64,000 bases of DNA from Chrysomallon squamiferum (lineage: Eukaryota; Animalia; Mollusca): NCBI GenBank assembly GCA_012295275.1, contig CM022665.1:19530001-19594000 (forward strand). Direction: 5' to 3'. A program made the translations under genes and the position numbers. The notes below the pieces were generated by a model. It saw only the letters and a list, made by a program, of their open reading frames with translations. It was not told the origin of the DNA and made no database searches. Shown in pieces: positions 1 to 20,300 of the stretch; position 1 is the stretch's first letter, and every line of letters starts with the position of its first letter.

Positions 1-71
1 TGAGGACATCTGTAATACAGGGACACTTTTGCTTGGCCCCATGGATGTCCATACAAGACAAGAACCACTGT
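1..71. mobile_element. 3' end of a Tc1/pogo-type MITE, truncated by the window edge
   Basis: Ends in ...ACAAGAACCACTG, similar to the reverse complement of the CAGTGGAACCTG terminus at 30062. The internal TTGGCCCCATG-ATGTCCA motif recurs at about 27778-27796. Confidence 0.4.
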
Positions 72-1176
72 TACTGTAGTAAGTATTACTGATGCAACAT
101 ATTTTCTTGTTGGGTTTCTGCAATTTTAGTAAAATGATAATAATTAATATTTTCAGTGACTGGTGGAATGTCATAGTCTATTCTATACATGGATGATATA
201 ATACTGGGGTGCTATGGTCTTTCCTATTAATAATGGATAAAGTGAACACTATCAAACATAGTTCACACTGACGAACATTACCATATAAGTTTGGTTTTAA
301 TCTGAATTGAATATTCAAATGAAAACAATGCAGAAAAGAAGTATTTTAAAAATCTGATGATCTGTCTATGAAGATTATTAGTTTTTTTCTTGAAATGCTA
401 TCAGTGCTTTAATTAGGTATTTTTCTACATGCATGTGAAATTTAGTAGTATCAGTTGGTTTATGACAGCTTACCTTTTTTAATGAAGAATTATAGTGGGT
501 ACAAAATGAAACACTATCCTCAAAATCAAAACAGCACAAACTGTATGCATTTAAAACAAATCATTATAGTCTTGTTAGGTTTCATGAACAAAACAGTTCC
601 TTTTGATTGGAGATTTATTTTTATTCCATCTTTGTCCATTAAATATTTACTGAATGTATGCATGCATAAATGCATGTTTTTGCATTTTCCTACATTATCA
701 CATGTGTGTTGTTGCAAACTACTTTTTTTTTTTTATCAAATTATTTTCATTCTGCTAGATTGTATTCAATCTTAGAAATGTATGATTACCGTAAGTTCGT
801 AAATGACCAATCAAACATTTCAGTACATTTTAAAGGACTATTTTAAGCTATTTCCAGTGTTATGAACAAAAACATTTTTTTTTTTTTCTTTTTCTGACGT
901 ACTTATTACCTGTATAAGAGTAGTTTACATGCAAACACCCATGATGATGATTATTCTGACTGATCTTTTAATTAGTAATAGTTTACAAAATTGTAGATGT
1001 TACCATGATGATGTGACATGAATACAATCTGCAATTATTTGCAGGAATCATTACATAACACCAGACGGTGTTAGGTATTAATTTATTAACAAAAAAGTTG
1101 CATGACTATTTACTAATTTAGTAGTGAAATAAATTATTTCACCTAACGAACGTCTAAAGTGAAGGTCATTGCTTAC

Positions 1177-1350
1177 AACATAACCGCCATCTGAAGCCCC
1201 TCTGTATGGATTTGTCACTTTTTTCTGCCATTCTGCCTTTAAAGTTGATCGCATCTGCGCGCGTTCTTTGACTGCTTTCATTTCCTCAGGAGAAACATCG
1301 AACATTTTCCAGGGATCCCAAGAACGTTTCGACCCTGAGGACGCAGCCAT
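1177..1350 (-). CDS. NDUFB4: NADH dehydrogenase (ubiquinone) 1 beta subcomplex subunit 4, first coding exon; remaining exons lie left of the window
   Basis: MAASSGSKRSWDPWKMFDVSPEEMKAVKERAQMRSTLKAEWQKKVTNPYRGASDGGYV followed by a GTAAGC donor (1176-1171). It fits the NDUFB4 pattern (F/Y)DxSPE...ER..R..LK.E.....NP....G, with the DPA motif expected in the next exon. An alternative in-frame ATG lies at 1356. Confidence 0.8.
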
Positions 1351-1595
1351 TTTCATTCACCAAAACTAGTATTGATAATTGTTTCGCTCTTAACCATACT
1401 TTAGCCAGTTTGAAAACAACCAGTCTAGTACTATCCATAAACTACCATAAATATTCATCATTAAAACGAATATGGAATTTATTATTATTATTATTATATC
1501 TTTTTCTTAAATTAAGTGTTTTGGGGGTTATTGGTTTTAAAATGATAAATTGTATTTTTAATATTATTAATGCATTAATATCAGCTATAATTTAA

Positions 1596-1642
<47 letters not shown>

Positions 1643-1953
1643 AACAAAAACAAAATGAAGTAGAAAACCACTTTTCATTTATCTTTGAAAAAAAAAGAAA
1701 AAAAAAAAGTCTTTATCTCCTTTTATTTTATTTACTCCATCTGTAACTGAGTGTAGAGTAGTTCAACTGGTAATCTGTCTCGGATGGCGAATTGCATGGT
1801 CGGCGATCAGTCTGGTTCGGTTCCTTCCAGACTGTTCGGGTTTGTTTGGACTTGAATCGAATGTTTATGTTCGTTTTCATTGTGATAAACCCATGACGTT
1901 ACATGTTATGATATATAAATTCAGTTCTCTATTAATACTAATCAGTAAATAAT
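1351..1953. promoter_or_regulatory. Putative bidirectional promoter of NDUFB4 and WDR92
   Basis: Divergent start codons about 600 bp apart, with local CpG enrichment at 1780-1900 and a CRE-like ATGACGT near 1893. A YY1-like AAAATGGC overlaps the NDUFB4 ATG. Confidence 0.6.
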
Positions 1954-9273
<7,320 letters not shown>

Positions 9274-9384
9274 CTTACAAAAATAATTTACCATATGTCT
9301 TCACAGATATTTACAGACTGTGTTCTATTCTGATCAAAAGAAATATATTGTTACAAAAAAAAGACATAGATTAAATTTAAATGC

Positions 9385-9422
<38 letters not shown>

Positions 9423-12400
9423 AATGTTGATAATAAGAATTTTCTTAATACTTGTGGAAAAAAATTTAATGTACAAAAAGTTAAAAATTGTATAGAGTAG
9501 AAATATGATTGAAAATAACTGAAATTGCAGCTGATAGAAAACAACAAAAAAAAAAAAAAAAAAAAAATAAAAGAAAGAAAGAAAGTATTTTCAGATTATT
9601 CAAGTTTTTGCTTGTGAAATAAAACTTATGATGCCTTCAGTATTGGGGTCTACTCATCCGTCCAGTTACTTACATTATTCATTAAAATGTTTTCATGTTC
9701 TTTGTTTTGATTATTATTTTATTATTTTATAAGTTCATTTCTTCATGAGGCTGTAATTATTAGGTGTTGACACTCATAACCAAAGTTCATTTTTCAAATG
9801 TATAAGCGAAACATTTAAGCACCTTTTATGTGAAAACCAGCAAAACAGTAATATGAAAATAAACAAAAAATGACTCTTCCTTTGTTTCACCAATGATTCA
9901 TTTTAATAATACATAATATACTTTAGAAAACATGTAAAATAATTATACACACTCCATTTATTCCCACTCATTAATTTATTAAACATGTAACAACAAGAAA
10001 TGAGAATTTATTAATTGTAATTCAAACCAGCATATCCAAAATTAATTAATGAACAAATTAGTAAATGAACCAAAACAGTATTTCAAAGAAATGAACAAAT
10101 CACCTTCATATCTGTATTAATAAATAATGGGTAATAGTACAACTAGCAGTTAAATAATACTTGTTATTCTGACATGAGTGTCAAGGAGGCATCTTAAAGC
10201 ACTGATCTGTTTTATTCTGCCTTTAAGTTTTTAACTCCTATCTACTGAACACACAATTCAGTTACATTTCACAGACAGTAATAGTGTAACAATTTCCCCA
10301 TATTTTATGTTACGTTGCAGCCATATTTTGATGTAGCATTTCTTTAAGTGTCTGCCTTTTACATTTTAATTACAAAATACATCTCTTTTATCTGTATCAC
10401 TGAACAGAAAGGTTTTAGTTTAAAAACAAAAAAATTATCCACAATACCACCACCTCAGAAATTTAAACAGATTTATTAACATTTTATAAATACCCAACAC
10501 TTCTGAAAGCATTTCCAGTGCATTTGTATATATATATATGTACATTGTAAATATGTAAGCAATATCTTATAAATATGGTAAAGCAAATAATGTTTTTTTG
10601 CACACATGCAGTTCATTTTAACCACAAGAAACATTTCGATTATAAAAAATATGACCCAATGTTTAACCATTCTCAAATTATCATTTATACATCCATTTTA
10701 AACTGGTGTGAGAAATGTTTTATTATGTTATTAAAAGAAAGAAAAAGATACCAAAACATAACAGTCCAATTTGTTCAACTTGACTAAGAAAAGGAATTCA
10801 TTTTTTTTAAAATAACTGACATTCAGTTTATGATGTATATATAAATAATTTTTTTTATATTCATTGTTATATACAAGCTGCAGAACTTAAAAATGAGAAA
10901 CAAATACTTTGAAAATAGACAAATATATAATGATGAAGGTCTGATAACAAATAATACTAGTATAATATACAGTGGCATTCTGTATATTTCTAAACTGTTA
11001 ATTGTAAATTTAAACATCAAATTACAAATTACTAAAAACACTGGAACTAACAACAAAAAATATCAACAAACTTCAGATCATATATTAGTAACATTTATCA
11101 TCAAATAAGTATATATATACATACAAACAATGTGATTGCATTTTCACACGTTAAACTATGTACAAACAAAACTAACAACAAATCCCAAAAGGCATGGTTT
11201 GATATAACTTTTAATTATAAATAAAATATTAACTGAGAAACTGATGAAAATTGCACTTAGGATAATATGAAAATAAAACATTTAAAACCAAATCATCCCA
11301 CATTTTAAGTTCTTATAAAATAACTCGGTAAATATTTTGTTTCTGTAAACTGGATATCGGCATAGATAATCCAGTTCATTCAATCTGCAGGAAACTATCA
11401 ATTTTAGTCCTAAGTATTCATATTATTTATTTATTATTAACTGACAGTTTTAACTTCTGTGAAGCAGATGAAAATGTTTTATATCTTTGATTAAATGGAT
11501 TAGGCTATTCAGCATATAAAAGCCACTAAACTACTTAACTATTAGCAAGATGAAAAATTATAGGATGATTACAATACCCAAAACTTTAATAATAATCCCA
11601 ATTAAATTGAGACCAAAGCCCAACAATAATGCAAATCTAATCCATAGGACTTTTCAACAATGTTATTGTTTTATATCTGTTCATGGAGACAACAGGTTTT
11701 ACATAAAACTCTAATAAAATAGATCCATTGTGTGAATGGCCATATTTAGAATGAAATTGACATGTAGCTTTTTTTCATTTCTTAAACCATAAAAAATTAT
11801 TAAAAAAAAGGATTGAATGTTTTTTAAAATAAAGCTGCTGACAACACATAAGTAATAAAGTATTGTCCATAATGTATGTGTTTGTATTCAGGAAAAAATG
11901 CATCAAAATATATCAAGAGATATATGTCAAATGTGCTGCTGTAGTTCCAATACCAAATGACAAGTTTAAAAGAGTAGGAAAAAATAAAATAAAATCTGTA
12001 TTATAGAACGTGTCTATTTAAAACCAAGAAAAAAACAACTGTAAATGCAATATTGAAACAAAAATAAGATGCTGATGCATTGGTATTGAAAATAAGAGCA
12101 ATCATGAATAAATAAATTAAAAGGATTTACAAATAAAACACTTCAGTTACAGTTATTTTCTACAGATATAACTGCAAATTCAAAAATACAGTGATAATAT
12201 ACAAGACATCACAAAATAAATGGTCTAGATACAGTTGCATCCATTTCTGAATTTTCTTTTCTTCCAGGTGTATTACATTACAAAGAAATGATTTCTAAAT
12301 GTGGCGTACTCATCACATCTATGTAACAATAAATATGACAATTTTTAAAACAGGCTTTAGATGTGACAAATATAGAACATATTTTTGTAATACCTTTAAT

Positions 12401-14214
12401 ACTGTGTGTATGTACACATTAATGTAATTTATATAATCAATACAGATATTAACTGAAAATTTCATCCATTAACTACTATGATCACATAGAATAGAAAAAT
12501 GTTAGTTAATTTCAACATTAACTGAAATAATGTTTTGATGACAAATGAACAAAAATGGGAAGAAATATTTGAGTAACATTTCATAATGAATTACAAGATG
12601 TTTTCAAAACTGTCTAAATATGTTTGTTTTTGGTTGAGTTTATTACTTACTATTAGACACTTGACAAAATGATTAATTTAGTTCTAAAAAATGGCTTCCA
12701 AAACAATCTGTATGTTTCTATTTATCCAATAAATCTTAATTTATCACATTTTTTCACCATTTAACTAATACATTTTTATTATTTCTAAATAATCATAATG
12801 AGCTTGACATTTAACAAAAATGTTTAGGCTGAAAAGAAGGCATAGAATTAACAGGTGAAAACCTTGGTATGGGTTTTGTAAATGAAACTTAATATACTAT
12901 CATTTCTTATGATTAAATAGCATATTTTGTCAAGTTTGGATAAACAACTGCACTGTAAGGAAAGGAATGTAAATCAAATTAGCACACAGCAGTATTGGCT
13001 ATTACATTAGATTCTGGGTGTGATATGTTCAACAGGGGACTTTTTACATTGTAATTTCTTTAGTTACATACAGATAATGATTGTAATGCACTGATTGTAT
13101 GGTATGTGACCTAATATTTCCATGTTAAATGACATAAGAAGAAGCATGTTGCAAAGAACTACTAGCGATGAGCATTTTAAAAGATAACATTAATCCTTCT
13201 TTATCTCTTTTTACATTGTTAATATAATAAATTAACTGAAAATTTCAATAAATTATCATAACAATGAACACTTATAATTTTCTGTAAATCATAAAATAGT
13301 ATTTATAAAAATTAATTTTAAGACAAGTCAGATAATACTGATATTATTTATAACCTGAAATGCAGACTGAGGAATGAACAGAATTGTTGTTTTTGTTACT
13401 CAGAACTACCTTTATTAAATTTAAAATAACAGATGACCAAATCTTAAGGCAGTCAAGAAAAACACTGACACTGATTAATATAATCTCTCAAGTTTTGCAT
13501 CCTGACACTGTTACATTTTATAAACTGTTTTACTACAAGCAGATCCAAGTGCCAACCATAACAATTCTGTCACTAATTCCTCAGGCTTTATTTTCAGTTC
13601 TTATGTCACCATTCTTGATGACCATGTGTCTATTTTTAAGATACTTATCAACATACAGCTTACATAACTGTATTATTTAAAGACAAGTAAATAAATATAA
13701 AGCTTAACTAATCCCAATGGTACATCAGAATACATATTTAAAAAAAAAAAAAAAAAAAAAAAAACCAGAACAAAACAACATATGTAACATGTTTAATGTT
13801 TGGAATGTAAGCCAGTTAACTTTTAAATACATTGTTTTCTGTTAAGGATTAATTTAAAACCAACTAATGATTATATTTGTTCCCGGTATTTCTGATAATA
13901 TGAACAGAACATGATCCAGCAATAACATCATCAAAACCGCAAAAGAAATAAATAAAAATTTACTTAATGTTAAGGAATTGCAGTAAATATTGTTACAGCA
14001 ATTCCATCCTGGATTTCATCATATTTCTTTGCCCTCAAATATGTTTTGAAAGTACCAAAATAACCTGCTATTTAACAGCAAGCAATAATAATAGTAATAA
14101 AAAAAATATAATAAAACCCAGAAAAATAATAAGAATACAATAATGAAAAGGCAGATCCACTCAGTGAACAAACACTGATGTTATAATCTTTTTCTGTAGT
14201 TGACACAGACAGGA

Positions 14215-14365
14215 TTAATGACTCCCACTAAACACAGGGTTTGGTTCAAGCTCATTGTGCTGAACACTGTTTGGTTGCAGTTCACCAACACCAATTTGTT
14301 GACCACCACTAGCCTGGGACATTTTCTCTGACGACTGTGTGGAATACGTATGAGCTGGATTTTCA
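14215..14365 (-). CDS. GOPC: GOPC exon 9 (putative terminal coding exon)
   Basis: TTTTTTGTAG acceptor, phase-compatible [51 protein letters not shown]-richer than the flanks, but the sequence is not conserved. Confidence 0.7.
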
Positions 14366-17300
14366 CTACAAAAAATCAAATCAAAATAACAAGAACAAAA
14401 CTACTAAAAAAAAATTAAAAAAAAAAAAAAATACAGCTATCTCTTTATTAACAGTTAACATCATTCTGATTAATCTAGATTTCTCTTACTAGTCTTAGAT
14501 AGTGTAATTATTTGGTATTATCCTTTTTTGTTACTAATTAATATTACAATTTTTTTTTTTAATAATAATAACACAATAAACCTCTTTAACAGATCAGTAT
14601 TTTTGAGGATAATTCATAAAATGCAGTTTAACATAAATTAAAAAAAATGCACACAGATATCTAGTTAAAAATTATTAGCAAACATTTAACATGTAAAGTC
14701 ACATTCCCCAGTTTATGATCTTACTGAGAAGTCTGCCTGGTTTGATGTCGACTGCCTGTGTGTGCAACAGGACCATTTTCTACAGTCTGTGGACTAGCAC
14801 CATTGTGTTTATCCCCTTTGTTAACATCAGAGAAAACTTCTTCATCATATATCCTATACCTAAAACCACAACGTTTTACTTGTTTACCTTTGAAGGTAAG
14901 GCTAAGCAATACACATCATTTGATTAATGTACTGAAACTATCATTTAACACTTTTCTGAAATAATCTGTCTGAATGTTAAGAAATGGACATACATATAGA
15001 CCAAGGGCAGACACACACACACACACACACAATTTCTGTGAAATCAACTTCAGTCTTGAAATAGATGATGAAGTAAATGAGCTGGGGCACACTGTTCACT
15101 GGATGCACTTTCTGGTTATTATACAGTTAGAGTTTCATATTAGTTGACATTGGTAATTGCTTTGCTTCCTCCAATCAAATCATCAAGTATGGGATAGATT
15201 AAAAAAAAAAAAAAAAAAAATCAAACAACTTAATTTCAGCAACAAGTACACAATAATCCATGTCAAGATGAACAGAATGTAAATGTTGTAAACAGGTAAG
15301 TCACAAGCAACTACTATGAGTTGTCCTTCTACAAAAGATCAAATATTACATTACAGCTTACTCAAGGGAACTTATTTGCAACAAATGCCTACATAGCCCG
15401 CCTCAACTCAATTTGACTGTGCAAATCTAGAATAAAATCAAATGACACCTCAATTTCACTCTATATAATAAAAAATAGAAAACAGTTTACAAGTTTTAAA
15501 ATAAACATAATTAATGTCTAACCTAAATCCATGTTCATCTTCAAACTCTTTGTTTTCATCATCGCTATCTTCATCAGGAGCAACGAACATCACCTCCATA
15601 GTTATCTCCCCTTGCTGCAGAATACATTTTTAAGCATCATGATAATCATCATTATTATTACAGAATTAGCATGTCTTATCCACAAATCTCCAAAATTATA
15701 AAACATTTTTGAGCAGTGATATAGTAGTGTTAGCTTACTTTACCTGGGTTTGGTTCAAAGAACTTTTTCATGCACTAAGTTTTAAAATATCTTGTTTAGA
15801 ATTATCTTCTGGCCACAAACACTTGAAACGAGGGATATTCAGTATCAGTTATTAAAGTACTAAAAAGATTTAGAGGCAATAATAAAAAAAAAATTATAAT
15901 AATAATAAAAATAATTTAAAATAAATAGCAATACAAAAAGACTGCAATTACTTTACAGTTGATAATAGAAAAGAAACAGGAACAGTGTGAAATCAAACAC
16001 TTAAAATAAATGAAAAAATAAATTAAACAAAAATGGTTGCTCCAATGGGAATTCACAGAAATTAGTTTACAGTTAGAGCTGTATTTCCATTTTTTTCTTA
16101 AAATTAACAATTTTTAGTTTTAATAGTCAGTGATGACTGCAAGTATAATAAAAAGAGAAAGATAAAAATTACTTTAATAATTATATCAGTTATTCCTATT
16201 TAACATATTCTTTAAAAATCAAATTACTGTTTTATGATATGTTACTTGGCTTTGAACATCTTTTAACATATAAGAATAATTATCTTGCAAATCTAAAATA
16301 GACTGCAGACAAAATACAACTGAAAATTTTAATAAATGTGCTCACAAGCAACTCAATATATTTATGCTGGGTGTATTTATAACCTATCTACATTACTGTC
16401 AGCATCAAAATAACATCTTACCTACTCAAATCCAGCAAATTCAAAGAATTGTGCACAAACAAAATAATATAATTTATCTTTAAAACTGTAAATACACTGA
16501 AAGACTTCAATACCTGCTGTGACAATATCTGAACAGCTTCTGAATGTTTGGCCTGACGGAGGTCTATGTTGTTCACCGAAAGTATAGCATCTCCAACAAA
16601 CAAGGCTTGGCACCTTTCTGCTGGCTGGCCTGCATGGATCTCAGAAATCAAAATGGGAACACCATGTTCTTTGCCACCCTGTAAAAAATGTACAACTATG
16701 CAACTTTTCAAAAGTAATGGATTTTTATTTAAATACATTTGTAGTGAATGCAGACAGCAAAGAAAATATGTGTTGTCGTCACTATCTAAGTGAATCAATT
16801 GCTAAAACCAAAAAAAATAAAATAAAATAAAATAAAATAAAAATACTTACTGTTATTGACATTCCAAGTCCTTCCTCACTTCCTTTGGTCAGTTTAACAG
16901 TGCGAATATCTCCCAAACCATGTTTTTTCTTTAACGCTTGGAAATCCTATAAATTTTCATTTTAGTTATTTATAGCATTTATTAAAATCTTTAAAATTTT
17001 AGATAAAATATTTATGTCTTTTTTTATTCTTTAAAAAAAAAAAATTAAATATGAGATTATGTTTATAGAAGTTATAGAACTAGAACTTTCAACTCTCAAG
17101 TTATATATTAGTTTACCTATTTTAAACAAACCATTTCTAAAAACAAACAAGATTTAAATCATCATTTATATTTATTTAGGAAGAAAACAAACACCCCCCT
17201 AAAAAAAAAAAAAAAAAAAACTCCAAACACCACATTTACCTAACTTTCAACACAGTAACAGAATAAAACAATTAAATTATAATTAAAATAAAATACTAAT

Positions 17301-20300
17301 TAAAAAACAATTTCCCTCACTGCAATAAGCATATCACTGCTTAACTTCATTTGTATGCATTATTAAAATAAGACTTGTAAAGTGCAATCCTATCAGTACA
17401 TTTACTGAACACATGACATAAAAATCCTTACATACTGTTAGATTATTTGTTTTGTTGATCATTTCAAATGATCACAGAAACAAACAAAAGCTAATGCAGA
17501 TCCGATTTTCTATATTAATGAAAACACTTCCATGACAAGTTCTCTCATTCAATATATAAAACAAATAAAAGGACATTTATCTGCAAACAAATCCAAATGA
17601 TTGAAAAAGCATAAACCAGGTCACTAGAAGAATTTTAATATTGATGGTGATGATTTATAATAGTTTATGTGACTTTATTATTATTTTTGTATTACAGGTT
17701 GTTGTCATTTTTGTTTCATCCCACTTTTTTTACTTTCAAATATATATGATTAAAAAATATCATTTAGGCCCAGTATAATCTATTTAGGAAACCTGAATAT
17801 CAATTTATGTAAAATAATTATATTTTAATAAAAACCCAGTATAATAATTGTGAAAACATTAACATTCATAAGTAAAACTGTAGTACTAACATGTTGAGGA
17901 GGCACTGGTAAGCGTTTTTTGTAATTACTGCGTCCTCTGCAAGCTCTGATCACTGTTTTGTGGCGGTGAAGATGGATTTCTGCTTCTAGCTGGTTCCACA
18001 GTTTATCATGCTCAGCACCTCTCATATCACGACCTAGTAACTGGATCTGTTGTATTCTGAACAATAAAAAAACAAACAAACCAAAAAAAAAACAATTACA
18101 AGATGAAACAAATAACAGTATTTTATATTGTGAAGTGAACACCAAGAGATTCTGAGATGATAAAACCAATAACAACAAAAAACAAATCTTAAACAACTAC
18201 GATTATTTTACAAAATGGATTGATGATAAAAAATGTTCCGATACCGTGGCCTATATTTGAACGTCATGACAATGGATGTGATGGTTTCTCAATTTACCGA
18301 AATGACAATGAGCTTCTACCAATATCTTGCTCCAAGGAACATGATTAGACAGCTGTCAAATATAGGGATTCATGGGATTTTAGTACACTTAGTAAACAGA
18401 CTTGTATACAGAAGTAGACACACCATAAGAAATTAGTTGTTTATCACAAATAATTTAACTAATTAGCCATCCATTGGCAATTGATTAGGTGTAAAAAAAA
18501 TTACATTCTTTGTTAATAGTAAATAACACAAGCCAAAGGATTATCATCTAATATCTTTTAATATTTAACTTATCCTGATGTGTCATTAAACATTCATTCA
18601 CCATTTTGTTTGGTTTGAAGTTTGTTTTTATCTTTTTATGCTAGTAAGGAGGTTATTTTAAAAAAAATAATAATAAAAAATAAATTTAAGAAAAAAAAAT
18701 AATAATAATAAAAAATAAATAAATAACAATGTTAAAAAGATAAAAAATAAAAATAAAATAAAATAAAGAAAAAACAATAACAGTAATAACCTACTAAAAT
18801 TTCCTAATATCTAACCTGAAATCAGTCACACAGCTTTGTTCTATAAATGAAAGCAGATAGCAATCAGTTATATCATTATTAATTACACTAGTCTTCATAC
18901 TGATCATAGTGTGATAAAAAATGGTACAGACACACTTTGTCACATGATCTTCAAACCTAGCATTTCTAGTCACAGTGCCATAGCACTATCAAAGTCAAAA
19001 TAGTCACAGAATGTGAAAGTTCATGTGTGAAACAATTAGGTATTTAAAAACAGTGTTATTTTATTTATTGTTTTTTTTATTATTATTATTATTTTTCAGT
19101 TTGGTTTCTAATCAGTATTATTTTATTAATAAAGTTTTATATTTAAATGGAAATAAGCAGTTACAGTAATTTACTTGTATAAAAATCAACAATTAAATAG
19201 AACAGATAAAAATAATAATAATAATAGTGATTCAAAGAAATAGGAATAAATATTTTATTAAATGATACACTCAAGATTTTTTTTTTTTTTTTTTTTTTTT
19301 ACAATCATTATATGCTAGCACATAATTATTATAAATAATGTTTGAGAATATTTTCCTTAGTTTATTAGGAGTCATAAACACTGCACTGTTATTGTACCTA
19401 CTCCCAAGTACTGATTAAAATTATTTATTTTTCATACAGTTTGCTCTTATTATGTCTGTAACAACTGTGTGACTGTCAAGCCCATTTCCCACACTGCAGT
19501 TTGAATTCCATTGTTAAACTGCACATTATCTCATGTCGCAGTATTGTGCTATATTCAATATAGTTTTTCATAAATGTTTATCTTTCAGTGCATGATTACA
19601 ATTATATAAACAAACAAACAGATAATTACTTTGGGACTGTTGTCACCACTTGTCATCATGATGAAATGTATACTTGGTGCATGATTTGTTATCCCTTTGC
19701 CAACTTTATTTCCCCCTTCTATAACCTATATCTCTATCATTTCCTCCCTCTCTGAGTCTTTCTCTTTTTTGTTTTTGTTGAATTTTATTTGAAAAGGGTT
19801 GACTTTTTATTGCATAGTCCTTTCAGTCATTAATTATATACAAACATTCATGCACATACACACAAGTATCCAAGGCATATATACCAGGTCTGCAGAACTG
19901 TACATACAGATATATATATAATCATATTCATGATATTTACAAATTAAGGGATCATGAAAAATATTCTGATTTGAGGGAATTTTGGATTACTCAACTTTCA
20001 ATTTTTAGAGGGTATAAATACATACATCAAAATGGGTCTGTATGAACCATCTGTCTGTATTAACACAGGCCAAATTTTGTATCAAGTTTTTTAATAGAAT
20101 GGATTTTTTTTTATTATGAATTGATACTTTTAAAATGCATCTAAATTTTTTTTTAAGAATTGCAAACATTACTGTCAGTTCTTTAACAATGCCATTAATT
20201 AATTATTATGTGTTATTAGCTATCACTTAACTTGTAGTAATTTAGACAAAGGCTTGAAATGATCTCAAACCTACTACAATTTTCCACCAAAAGAAAGAGG

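Noticed and set aside
455-775. 106-aa + strand ORF and other 60-120-aa ORFs rich in F/I/L/Y/K throughout the window
   Set aside because: These are chance ORFs in AT-rich intronic DNA, often with non-ATG starts and no recognisable domain or splice support.
1740-1953. RFX X-box expected upstream of the ciliary gene WDR92
   Set aside because: Only a poor partial match (GTTCAACTGGTAAT at 1761) is present, which is not supportable.
16566-16793. + strand ORFs overlapping GOPC exons (also 35683-35934 and 14715-14964)
   Set aside because: They are antisense shadows of real coding exons.
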